In this document: in pieces, positions 10,897-24,200 of the stretch
Numbering within the stretch: position 1 is the stretch's first letter
How the letters are laid out: every line of letters begins with the position of its first letter
NCBI GenBank assembly: GCA_964035545.1
Contig: OZ037771.1
Coordinates: forward strand, 12,032,480-12,096,479
Source: Bugula neritina
Lineage: Eukaryota > Animalia > Bryozoa
Length of the DNA stretch: 64,000 bases
Direction: 5' to 3'
The notes under the pieces: generated by a model
Database searches by the model: none
Seen by the model: only the letters and a program-made list of their open reading frames with translations
Told to the model about the DNA's origin: nothing
Translations under genes and position numbers: made by a program

Positions 10897-12229
10897 ATAG
10901 TACTAAACTGAATCTATTTTATAACTCATGTAATAGTTCAATCATTTAGTATGCTATAGTCAATAATTGAACTATTTTATGATTGATACTGCTCAAGGAA
11001 CGCTTTAAGTTTGTGCGAAAATCTCAATTTCAGTTCAAATTATAACTGTTGGTGTCTATTATTCATTATTAACTTGAAATACCACAGAGAATGAGTATAC
11101 AGAACGTTGCCAAACAAGGTCCAGATTTGTGGATGAGTGCTACATGGTGTGAAGTACAGAGTAATGGTAAAAGGGATAAGACTGTAAAATATGGTGTATT
11201 GACTAAAGCATTGGCACTAGATCTAAGTTGAATAAAAAAACTCTGGCGCTATTCAGTAACTTGGGATACAAAATTACACATTTCTATTTCCTTAGACTGA
11301 CATTAACACCAATAGCTATGAAAAATGATAGATTATAAATACTAAATATATTGCTAAAATCCTTACAAGCAGGCATAAAATACTTTTCAAAATTATTACA
11401 TTTATATGAAAGCAAAAAAATGTTATTTACAATTACATTTAGAAATTATTTAATCAGTGAAATCAGAGGAGAATAAAAAATTACTTATAAAACCTAATCA
11501 TGAGTCAGAATAACCGGTAAGTTGAAACAGACCAGAGTAAAGCCATGAAACTAAAAGAGTTGCAGCTAAAAATACTGAACTTAAAAGCCAAACAGTGGGC
11601 TTTTCGGGTAGAGCTAACACGGTTGACAAGATGCACAAAAATACACTATAAGACAAATTCCTTCAGCAAACTTAGAATTAGATTTTTTAAAAATATAGTT
11701 GGCGTTCACAAGAAAGAAAAAGCTATCAGCTACCAATATTAGTAGCCGCAAAATCAAAACGCAATAGCAATAAGATAATACAGTGCAAATATGAAGAATA
11801 AATATTAAATTTAGTAGCAAGCACTCTAAAAGTTAAAATATCAGAAAATTTGAGGCCAGTGATAGTTGAACTAATATTCCATGCGATTAAGTCAAAATGC
11901 TATATTATACAGCTAAAAAGTTGCATAAAATATACTGTAAGATATATAAATAGCAATGCATAGCGAGCACTTTGAATACACTGATATAAAATATGATACG
12001 TAAATCAGTCAGTAAAGCAACTAAAAGTGCTAAAAACTGTATAATGAAAGTAATAAAAACAAGGAATAATATTAGATATGACCGTATAAAGAATAGAAGA
12101 TAAATGAGCTAAGAATTTGTACAGAAGTCACATGATTGATATTATAGATGCTTCCGGAAATACAAGTTCATTTGGAGCATTGAAGGTGACTGAGAGCAAC
12201 ATTTAAATAGAATATGTGTTGAGAAGTGC

Positions 12230-15200
12230 TCAGGTCAAGCTGTCCACCCTAGAGAACATTCTAGTTCTTCTAGCACTGTGTGTGGCACTGTTGATCACTT
12301 CCATCCACCTATAATCACATAATATATCATCTAAACTCACAGCATCATGTAGAATATAAACATGTGCACATCCATCACAAACTTTCACAAGCACCTGCAT
12401 GTCACAGACACTCACCTGCCACAAAATCTCACAAGCACCTGCATGCATGTCACCTGCATGCCACAGGCAACCACCTGTCACAAACTCTCAATAGCACCTA
12501 CATGTCACGGACACTAACCTGTCAAAAGTGTATTCACTCTCTGCTCTGAAGAAGTATATATGATTCTTGAACTGCAGCTTGAAGACATAATCTTTGTTGA
12601 TGCCATCAGATGCAGACGGCTTACTTACAGAGTACCCAAGCAATGGCAGGCTGGCCAATGGGTGGTCATCCTACACAAACATGACTCATTGTTAGAACAT
12701 AGCAATACTGAGTCATAATATAGTTTGCATGATTGTAACAACTTTAGGCAATAAAAATGGTGGTTTTAACGGACAAATAGTAGTCTAAATCTATGAACAT
12801 ACTATGAGCAATTCTGGAGAACCACACAACATAGATGAATTAAACTTTGTATAAAGGAATATATCATACAAATACCTGATATGTTTTGTAGAAGAAAAGG
12901 CAGAAATTGGTAAAAACGACCCACAATTTCTGCCATCCGTTACTGTTTTTAAACTTTCTAAGTAGATATCCACTGAGCTGGTGTTTGATTGCATTCTGGA
13001 TATCTTTGATACTAACACTTGTGTTGCGGTGCCAGCATACATGCATGGTGGTGTTTGCCCTACAAAAATAGATCAGTAAAGTTGTGAGATACCTCTGCGT
13101 CTTGAAGAGTTGGCTCAAACCAGGTTCTAGCAAGAGCAGGACAAGTTATATTTATGTAGTAATGAAATCTGCAGAAGTATTGTGGATAAAACTCAAACAT
13201 AGTTTCACAGTTTTATGCCAAACGGAATTCAAAGTATAGCAAATTTTTAGCTTTGGTAACTTAATTGCCATAATGTTGTCCTGTAGGGAAAATAATTTGC
13301 AAAAACTATTAATGCTAATATATAGTTTTGTTTGTATAAGGGTTTGGTTTATCAGGTCGTTTCTTGACACTCGCTGTGATATTTGTATTGGCCAATAGGT
13401 TACAAGTGCACTAGTAATGATCTTTATCTAAGTAATTATAAGTGCCAGTTATTTCGGAGTGTTTGAAGTTAAATATTGTGTAACAAATTTCTGTTGTTAA
13501 GCAAGACTAATTTTTAACCGCAATTTGTTTTGATACTTTAATTTATTTCCTGATGATCACACAATAACTAGTTTTTTTTATTATAACCAAATTAAAGAGG
13601 TATTTTAATCATAAAACTAAGTTGGATATTTATATTCTATATATCAAACCTCGAATTAAAGTTGAAACATAAGTTACAGGTGTTTAGTTGTTCCTTTGCA
13701 GTATAATTGTACTAAACCATCAAAGTGAATAGAATCAAAGGCAACAATTGCCAACTACAACTTGTCTTTAGAAAACTTAAACAATAAGCTATTTCAATGT
13801 TCTCATGCGAAATAAATGTCACTTTTGATATCAGTGGCAGGGTAGTTAATGTTTCCCACCTAGCAGTAGGTATAGTCATTGTTGTAAGCTATTAAACAGC
13901 ACTAATAAATCTGTATATTGCAGCTGCTAAGAATAACATGGAATCCAGTTTAACGATAATCAACACTAACTTCCTAATGCTACAATCACGTCAGCAGGTG
14001 AGCTAATATTGTTAGGAGAGCCCTGTATCAGGTACCTTTCACAGGTAACCTTAATGAACAGCCTCTCCCTTAGCTTGTTCGACACCAGCATAAATATTAT
14101 ATTCTTTTAGCTTTATCAAGTAACAGAAACAACAAAACTACTGTAGTTGTGTATACCTCTATCACCCAACCTTTTCTGTCATGATCAAAATCATCAATGT
14201 GAATTTAATTAAGCAAACATTATATGCATTTGAAAAGATAGAAAGATAAATAGTTGTGGAATGTTGAAAAGTGAAGAAGAAAAGAGAAAAGCTGACCCGC
14301 TAATAATATAAACTAGCAAAGAGACGCTAACAATCTAGCCTAATAGCCAGCAAACTGCATCATACCTAACTTCTAATATTCTCGCATCTAAATCACTGTA
14401 AACACGACAAAATACTTAGGAATTGAAAACTTAATTTCACATGTTTAATAGAATGCTAAAATATTTCACTATACTAACATTAGCTATAGAGAGATGTGAT
14501 ACATAAAAAGGATTAAAATTAAATTTGATTTCACTGGAACATGACTGTATTTTCTATACAAATAAAGTGAATAGAGAAAAGCAGTTGCATAGCTTGGGAT
14601 ACCTGTGCTGTATCTGAGGAGGTTTATCTGGAGATGTGGGCGTCTCGGGGTCGTCCCCGTCTTGATTGGAGCTATTGGGAGGATTGATCGAAGGCAGTGG
14701 TATCTCCAGAAACTCCACCTGGTCACTGTTAGCCAAGCCAATAGCAAAGTTCAGGTCTTCTATCCACTTATCCTTCTCTTCTTGGGAACTATACAACAGA
14801 CCAATGGCATGAGAAGAAGCAGCAAAAATATCTTCCAGAAAATTCTTACAAAAAGAGAAAAAAAATTAGTAGCTAGAAAAGTTACCATGTGGTGCTACTA
14901 ATAATATTATTCACTTAAATCTCAATAGAACAGGCAGGGAGGGGGGGTCACAGCCCTGACTTATAGCAACATACTTAGCCGCCACTATGAGGCATCTGTT
15001 GGCAGCGTATATCGTGAAGCCATTAGACACCCCCACATTAGGGTCACTCTCTTCCAAGGTCATGCCAGTCATGGGCATGAAGCCGTGAACTTTGAACTGC
15101 AGTTGGGAGGAGCTCTGAGCACGACTCGTGTACAGCAGAACGTCGGAGAGCAGCAGGAAGAGTCGCTGCTGATATCCTCTCCTCGATAATTTCTGTAGAC

Positions 15201-18200
15201 AACCCTCTCTGATGAAATACTGCAAGTATGGAGAGTAGAACGAGATGTTAGTCAGTTTTTAGTGAGGCTGCTACTAGGGCAGCTAGACACATGTAGATGA
15301 GAATAAAACAAACATTGAAAAGTACCGCATAATCTTCTTGTTGTTAAAAAATTAGTAGAACTCCTGGAACTTAGTCTAATGATATAAATAGCCTGAGATC
15401 CTACCCTGCCCTGATGTACCAGTTCCTGTACGCCACTGATGTCTTCTTGCAGTTCAATCAGCTTCTCTGTGTTCTCGAGTTCCGCTATGATAGCTCGGAG
15501 AGAGTTGAGCAACGTGGTGACGGAGAGAGATGCTTGCCGACAGTTATCATACTCGACACTGCCCACAGAGTAGTACTCTACCAGCTCTACAAGTTAACAG
15601 GATATCATTTTACAGCCGCTGTAACGTCTCATTAATATACAAACAGCTCAGCATGACGGCAAAACAAGTGTCTGAGCAGATGCTAGTAGGTGGTGAAAAG
15701 CACATTTATTTATGAGCCATCTTTGACGCGACTTCGATATACCATATGAGCCGCTTAAACGTTGGCGCCCAGTACCAGTACCACACAGTACCAGTACTAC
15801 ATAGTACCAGTACCACATAGTACCAGTACCACATAGTACTGGTACCACATAGTACCAGTACTATGTGGTACCAGTACTATACAGTACCAGTACTGCATAT
15901 GGAATGACTTACTATTCAAAACATTCTCATAATAGAATAGCCTATGAGCTGGCTTCAACACCAGAGTGAATATGGGGAGGTAGCACATCTTCTCCGTTTC
16001 AAACTCGTGCAGTTTGGTTCCAAACTCAAGGTTGGTGTCAGAGCATTTGACTAGTTCAGTTAGAATGTCTTCCAGCCCACAGAGGTAGGTGCTGTAGCAC
16101 TGAAGAGAAATGAAAGCATTCCGTGTGTTAACTAAATTTACCAGAAGCATATAAAACACCATTGAAAGTTATCAAAATTAATTGAATTAAATTAATTTGT
16201 TGGCATATTTCAATAATGTTTCTAACAAATCTGCTTATTCTCGAACTGAAAGGACCAAAAGTTTAAATATCAAGATTTACAATTATAAATTTGAAACATT
16301 GTTTATGTTTTACCAAGTTTTACTAAGATCTATACACAGCAAAGAAATCCAGTGGAAAAACATTGTGCCAACTATTTATAAAGTCGAAAATTAAATGTAG
16401 TAGGAGCATTGCAAATGGCCGCCACTAACTGCCTAACAGAGAGGAAGAAAAGACAGTAGGAACCAGGAAGTACAAGTATAACCAGTATAGCATGTGACTC
16501 ACTTCTATGTATAAAAGTATAACCAGTATGTGACTCACTTCTATGTTATTGAAATGATCTCGTATGAGGTCACCGATCTCTACAGTCAACGAGTCAGATA
16601 TTCGACTGTCACACTGACTCATGCGTTTCTCAATGAGCTCTAAGAAAGTGGAGTGAGCTGAGTAGAGAGGCTGTAGACGGTCGTACAACTGGGCGAGTAT
16701 GCTTTGGGCCGCAGTGTCCGAAGTCATGTATTCTCTGAAGTGGACCATCACTATCGTCAGATCTTTAAGGTACGTCCTTTCGGTCATGAGGAACTCTTTG
16801 GCTATGTAGTAGGCTCTGTCCGTCAGCGGTTTCTATAAACACACGAGATATTAGAACACACTGGCCGACTTACTTTCTGACCTATTTGCTGGTCTTCTAG
16901 TCCAGTATATGAAGACTTCATTCACATTGTCAGATATTATAGAGGCAAAGCTTTTACAACACACACAACACGCACTAGTAACTGCTTGAGAAGGATTCAA
17001 GGCAGGTAAAGAGTTGCATGTGTAATCAGTAGAATAAGATAGAACTACATATTATGAACTCACAATGTACGACAAAAAATCTCACCTTTGACATTTTCCT
17101 GCTGTCAGAGAGTGTGTCCGATTTTCCAGGAGTGTGTCTCCCATTGAGCAGCTCGTTGCTGCCAACCGAGAACTGACTGTGGTTCGGACTAACTGGCTTC
17201 ACCTCCATCTGCTTTTCGTGCACTGAGTTATTATGCGGATAGGGTATTCTAGTGTGTCCAGTTGTGTCATTTTCACTATGAATACGGTGTATAGGGGGCA
17301 CCGAAGGAGGGGACCTACAGCATGGCGAGGCATTGAATGGTCAGTTACAGAAACTCTAAGTCAGTGGCACGGCTTAATGAAAGCAATGGAGCAACTTTAA
17401 CTAAAAATGCTTGGTAAAGCAGGTCTGAAATACAGTATTTTCATTGTGATGAAAACAAAATATGCAGGTTTTTAGAAATTACGCCAAAGAAGCTAAGCCA
17501 TACGTTCATATGAAAGCAAAGCATCAAGGCTCTTTATACCCCATAAAGCCCGCTAGTTTTACATTCACCCATACTCCCTGACTGAAACTGTCAGCTACAA
17601 ACTGTAAGCCAATCAGAGACCGGTTGTGCGGAGAGACAATGCAAAGACTACCGCTGCCTGACACATGCTAGTCTAAGGCAGCAGAACTACAAGGTACAGC
17701 AGACGTAAAGAAATGATGATTTTTCACTTCCTACCACTATTGGCTGACTACAACTTCCAAGCATCAAACGTGTAAAACTGCACATATATATGACAATTCG
17801 AAGTGAAGCTCCCAACTTTAGCAAAGCGATGAAGTGTAAAAACATCCTCTGGGTGACAAATTGTTGCTAAAACAGCATCGACCAACAACTACAGCAGGTT
17901 CACAAAAGCCAGGCACAGCAGATCTATGGTAGAGGATTCAGCAACCAAGTAAACAAAACATACACATGTTCTGGCGTTTCTTCCATAGCAGTGTTATCAC
18001 TAGATACAACATCATCTGAGTGAGGTGGCAGCTCTGTTAGATTACTAGGATATGCTTGCAGCTCAGAGTTGAAAGGCACAGTGACAGGTGTGTCACAGAA
18101 CATAACCACCTTGACACTAGTGTCACGAACCTCAGTGACACCAGAATCAGGTGACTTATTGACATCAGTGGCAAGGGGAATCTGAGCTGCGCTGTCAGCA

Positions 18201-21200
18201 GACACATCATCAGAGATGCTAGGTGACACATTGATGGGAGTGGCAGATGATTCACTAGCTGGGATGTCAGGTGTCACCTTGGCAGGGGTGTCAGGTGACA
18301 CATTGGCAGGGGTGTCAGATGGGGAGCCGACACAAGCAACAGGTGAATGAATGGCAGGTAAATCAACATGAGGCACTTCATTAGGAATGTCAGAAGAAAC
18401 CTCATTGCAAAACGTAGTCTGATTGGAGCAGACAGCAGTTGGATCACCAGACTTATCTACTGTTGCGCAAGAAGGAATATCAACTGATATCACAACTAGT
18501 GCACTATCCAAGGATTCACAAGGGGGAGAAGGGTCAACCAATTGGGACTCAGCAGTCTGAGTGCTGCTACTAACACCCTCTACCCTTCTACAACATTGCA
18601 ACATATAACAACAATTAAAAAAAAATCTATAAAGGAATACAATCTACACACCAAAACATTAAAACATTCAGGGACATAACTCCAGATGACTTACAACTTT
18701 GTCTCTTCAGGTGACTCAGTGCCCACAACCATCCGAGGCAATAACTCCGATGGAGCCTCCACCTGTTCAGGTATGTTTGCACACTCTGGAGCTCTACAAT
18801 GGCAACAATGGTCAGATCAGCTGTGATTCTAGTAATCACAGCTAAAAGGCAACTGAATATTGCAATGATTGGCAAACCACATGTGTAAGTTCGATCAGGG
18901 TGACAGAGCATGCATCTAATTCTACATTTCTAAAAACCTCATTGATTTAAGAGTTGTCTGTATGTAGTAACGCAACATAACGACCTGCTGACAATGCGTT
19001 TACATGTTGTAGGTTCTAAACATACCTGAATAATTTCGAGTCATCGAGACTCAGGTCGTGGCCTTGACCCAGTACAGGTTCAGACTGCTTCCTGTCTATA
19101 CCGAGTGGAGGCGTGGGCCGAGCTATGGGAGGGCTCGGAGCTATTTCGACAGATCTATCCATTGGAGAAGAGCGCGTGGGAGACGCCGGAGTCTTTAAGC
19201 CTTCAGAATGTAATATTTGCTAATTACAGTATCTTGGAAAATTTGTTTAACAAAATGTTACAACTTTTAACAAGCAGTTGGAGGAAATAACTCTAAAACA
19301 GCTTCAGAACAGCAATAACCACAACTGCTATGACTCATAGAATATTCTTGTTTTCTCAAGTGTAATTTAAAAGATAGTATATTCACCGATTTTTAGTTTG
19401 CTTTTAATGGATCCATATGGATGAATTTGTGGTTGCGGTTTCATTTGATTGACAATCATCGAAGAAAAATACATTCAATAATGTGAAGCAATGGAAACGC
19501 AGTGATTGTAATAGAACAAGATGCATGTTACCCATTTGCTAGCTAGATATGTAGCTCTAAAACTAAACAATTTTTTAACCTTGTCATGCGCAGCGTCCAT
19601 ATATGTGCCACATTCATATAATGCCAATCAGTAACAAGAAACTTCATGCATGAAATGGTTGATGGAAGTATTTCATACTCATAAGTCAGCAGACCAGCAC
19701 ACATCTCAATACTGTGCAGAGAGAAAATTACCTGAGTGCTGAGACTCGCTGCCGCCTAGAAGATGGCTGCCGCTGCTCAACGTCGACGTCTCCTGCTGAA
19801 ACTCCTTCTTGGAATTGAGAGTTTCAGAGCGACTTGTGACAAAGCTCCTATGACCAGCTAGAGTGTGACGAGTGCTCAGCGTTCTACAAGTGTAGAGAAC
19901 CGTCGTGACCACCAGTAACTTTGCATAAGGAAGGGGGTCATGTGTGAACCCCCCCCCCCTTTTATGAGATATGCAACTTGGTCAACTATTGAGATTATAC
20001 GAGGAATGGGTTTAAACCTGGAGTTGTCTGCTCAAAACTCTCATTTCAATTTTTGCATAATATATTCATCTAGATTTAATCAAATATAAAACTTGTATAT
20101 AGTTGTAAGAGCAGCTAGCATATAACTACTCAACCATACCTTTCAAAACTTCTGCTTCCTTTCACATAATTCTCCCTGACGTGATCGAGAAGTTGCTTTT
20201 GCGTGCGACCAGTATACCTACCAATCATAATAACAATAACATTAATAGATGCCTGTACATGTTACAAAGGTTATAGTAAAGCTAACAGAATGCTACATCA
20301 GATTGGGAATAGCGCGGTACAAGGTACAACAGTGTGGCTACACAACGCTGTATCTTCAACATTAAGATTCATTGTTAGAACCCCCTCCCAGAATTGGTAG
20401 CGTAGTGGTTAAGAATCAATTTTAAACTGCTAAACAGGTTAGCACTGTGAGAGATGAAACCCCGCTAATGGTAGACTAATTTCTTCATCTCCCCTTCACA
20501 GTTATTACATCTTATAGAGAAATGGTCTACAGATTCCACAATTAAATAAGTTTCAACCAACTTTGAGTCAACATCAGCCCACCATGAATTTAACAAGACT
20601 AAAATATTATACATAATTTCACCAACATGGAAGAGCTGTTTAAAAGCATTGGAGACAAACATATGACAAACAACATCAACACACAGAGCAATCATATTCC
20701 CAGAGCCTATAATATGATATGTAATATATAATAGAATATGTAATATATAATAGAATATGTAATATATAATATAATATAACATATAATAGAATATAATACC
20801 TAATAGAATATAACATATAATAGAATATAATATATAATAGAATATAACATATAATAGACCATGATATACCATATAATATAATATATAATACAATATATAA
20901 TAAAATATAATAGAATATAACATATATCATAATAAAATCGTAATCAGTTCAGTGAACTTGCCTCACTTTGCATTATTTGCTAAACTACCAATTCTAATAT
21001 AGTGATACCCAATAAGAGAATATTTATTGAAATTAATTTAGCGCGAGATTCTAACAAGATCAGCCAGTAAGAAGGGTGGGTGCACTACTGTGACCGAAAT
21101 GCTTACCTGAAGGAGGAGCCTCTGGTAAGCACGGCTCTCCGGTGCTTCTTGGCCGGTGCTACGGTACGACACCTATAGAATGCGTGATGCTCGATAGACA

Positions 21201-24200
21201 GCTTCCAGAACATCTTAGACTGGTTTCTCGTGTCAAAGAAGAACTCTACTATGTTCTTGTAGTACGCCTACACGATACACACTGTCATTATACGGAGTTG
21301 TCGTTTCAATGGTACAAAAGTACATAAATGAGACAATTCCAATAGCAAAGAATTAAAATGACTAATGGAGTCAGGAGACTAGGAAAGACCACTTTTATAT
21401 TTAATAATCCAGTATTTGATACAGAAAAATTTTCAGTATTTTTCGTTAACTGCTAAGCAAGTAATTAGTAACATAACAATATGATGAGTACAGCAAGACC
21501 CATTGTACAATCACCAACCTGGATCATGAGTTCCAATAAGAACTACAGGTAAAGTAAAAAGCTCACCTGGTCTGCTGCAGGGTGGAGTTTAATTAGGAAT
21601 CGCTTTCTCTTAAAGCTAAGTTTTCTGATCATGGCCCAGGAAAATGTGTTGATTTTCTGTTGATTTTGAAAAACGAATATACCGCAGTCAGTGACAGCTA
21701 GCTGTAGCTGAACGCCTGCAACAAAACAGAAATACACACTAGGGCTATTCTATGGCATAACTCTAGTTACGCACAGCAGCTGATATTCCCATTACGTTCA
21801 TATATCACACTGAACTAGCAGATATGTAAAATAGACAACAGTGCAGGTGTATATATAGTCATAGTGTAGGCAATATTGACGGATGCAGATAGTTTAAGTT
21901 TTTGATTACTTTTGTTCATGGACAGACAACTTCTCATACTATAAACCTGGATAAGAACTGCTACTACATACAATGAGTATTGCTATGATACTATACATTG
22001 AATAATACAGAACTTGCTATTCAGGACTACCAATCCACATACATAGAAGTATGCAGCTATTTTACAACTTGGGCTAAAAATAGCCAGGATTTAAGTTGCG
22101 TTTATACCTCTGCTGAAAAAAGTACCGAGTTCCAGTTAATAAAGCTTGTCCGAGAACCCCTTTATAGTCAAACTGAAACTCGTTGAAATCATATTGATGC
22201 GGTTGCTCACTTTCTGAAATTGAAATTTGACTCGCATAATAGCTATTTGATGCCCTTTGTAAACGTCGTGAATTAGTGAAGCGGACAGCATAAAAGCGAT
22301 AATTGAGAAGGCGTAGGCTATATAATTATAACCGTATAAGTACGTTGTCTAATTCCCAAAGTAATAACTAAATACCGATGTTTACAAGGAGTTATTACTC
22401 TCTTTGAGTATTATTCTGAAATCGCCGATTAAGTTATCACAGTACAAAGATTTTTACGGGTGGCTTTTACAATGCAATGCAACTCGGAGAAATTTCAACC
22501 GGCCAAATTGAATTTCTGACTGAAAATCGTGAAGGTATAAACGCAACTTAAATTCTTTCACTGTAACTTATATACAGACAGCTCTCGTAAAGTAACCCTG
22601 ACACAAAGTGAACTAAGTACTCAGTCTAACCTTCATGGTCTTGAGCTGGGTGAAGGACAATGCCGTAGTAGTCAGTCTTTCTAGCTGTGTCTAGAAGCTT
22701 GAAGTCAGCATCTGCAGGAGTTATCCCCCTGCAACACACAGCACACAGATACAGGCACCGGGTAGCAAGTGTTTGCAGGTAGTATTACATTGTGTAACAC
22801 ATGAGGAAATATTATCGTATATACTTGAGTTCAGGCAACTATGAATAGACCAGGTTATTTATAGACCAGGTTATTTATAGACCAGGTTATTTATAGACCA
22901 GGTTATTTATAGGTAAGGTGAAAAATAGTAGATTAGAATGGAACTGCATGCTTAAACCAGGCAATCACAAAGAATACTGAAGAAAACTGTTGCATAATAT
23001 ACTTCAACTAAGCTAAGCATGGACAAACAACTTTCAATAGAGCTAAGCAATAGTACGAATGCATAATATGGTTTACAAAAATTATTTCAAAAGCATAATG
23101 AGGAGACAAATCCAAAATAAAGTTACACAGGAATACCAGACAACTACCTACTGGTGTACAGATCACAGTGGAGCATTTTTATAACTGGGAAGGCAGGTTT
23201 TAATAACAATAATTAATGGAGTGAAGCATTGGCAGGCCTTGTTTAACCCCAATTTACTCGAATGTACTAAGCATAGCTAATATCTGCAGTAATTAACTTC
23301 AATAAACTACAGCAGCCACAAAGAGAAAGTCTGCATTCCACGTGCCACACCAAACATTTACATAACAAATCAAATTCACAGACAATACAGTCACTAATAG
23401 ACTGTAGCATGCCATAATTATATGCTTATTCATTGATACCACAAGAATGAATAACATTAGCATATACTAATATACACTAAGATATACTAGTATAAACTTG
23501 TATACACTAACATACACTGATATACAGTAGTATATATTAGTATATACTAACATATTACACTAACAATACTTTATTCTAGCATGCATTAACATACACTAAC
23601 AATATAATATTATACTAGCATGCACTAACACACATTTGCATACACTAGCATACACTAGTAATACTATGTACTGGATTATAAAGATAGAATATTGTAATGA
23701 ACTTGAAGGACTTGGTATCAATCATAGTATAAGTTCAACTTAGTCTAAACCCATTGATTTATTGTATCAAACTATCAGTGCATCTCTGTTTGTGAAGAGT
23801 AAATGGTGTGACCTAGAAATGCATAGCATAATGCTATAAATAACCACATACTAAGTAACTACATGCAAAGAGCACTATGCCTAGAGAACACAACTACCAG
23901 ATTTAACCTATGTATAAGTATAACATTCAGTACATAACTAGCTTAACTCTCTGACAGTTTGACCAGTCACATCAAGGTTAGAGTCTATATTTTTGCACAG
24001 CATTGGATATTGGGTCAATAAACGCAGCCCATGCATTAAACTGCACCATAGTTTGTGTAAGGAGTAGTTTGAGGCTAAAAACTACACTGACTTGTGTGCA
24101 GCTCAAGTATCAGAAAATTAATCAATATTTATACGTGAACTTCTTTCTTTCTGTAGTAAATTGAGTCATCAATAGTATAGTATACTACAGAGTGTATAGT

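Noticed and set aside
13060-14602. Possible U12 intron (donor GTATCCC)
   Set aside because: The donor departs from GTATCCTT and there is no TCCTTAAC branch site near the acceptor.
20390-20465. tRNA-like sequence (GGTAGCGTAGTGGTTAAG)
   Set aside because: A-box only; no intact B-box or cloverleaf. Likely a decayed SINE head.
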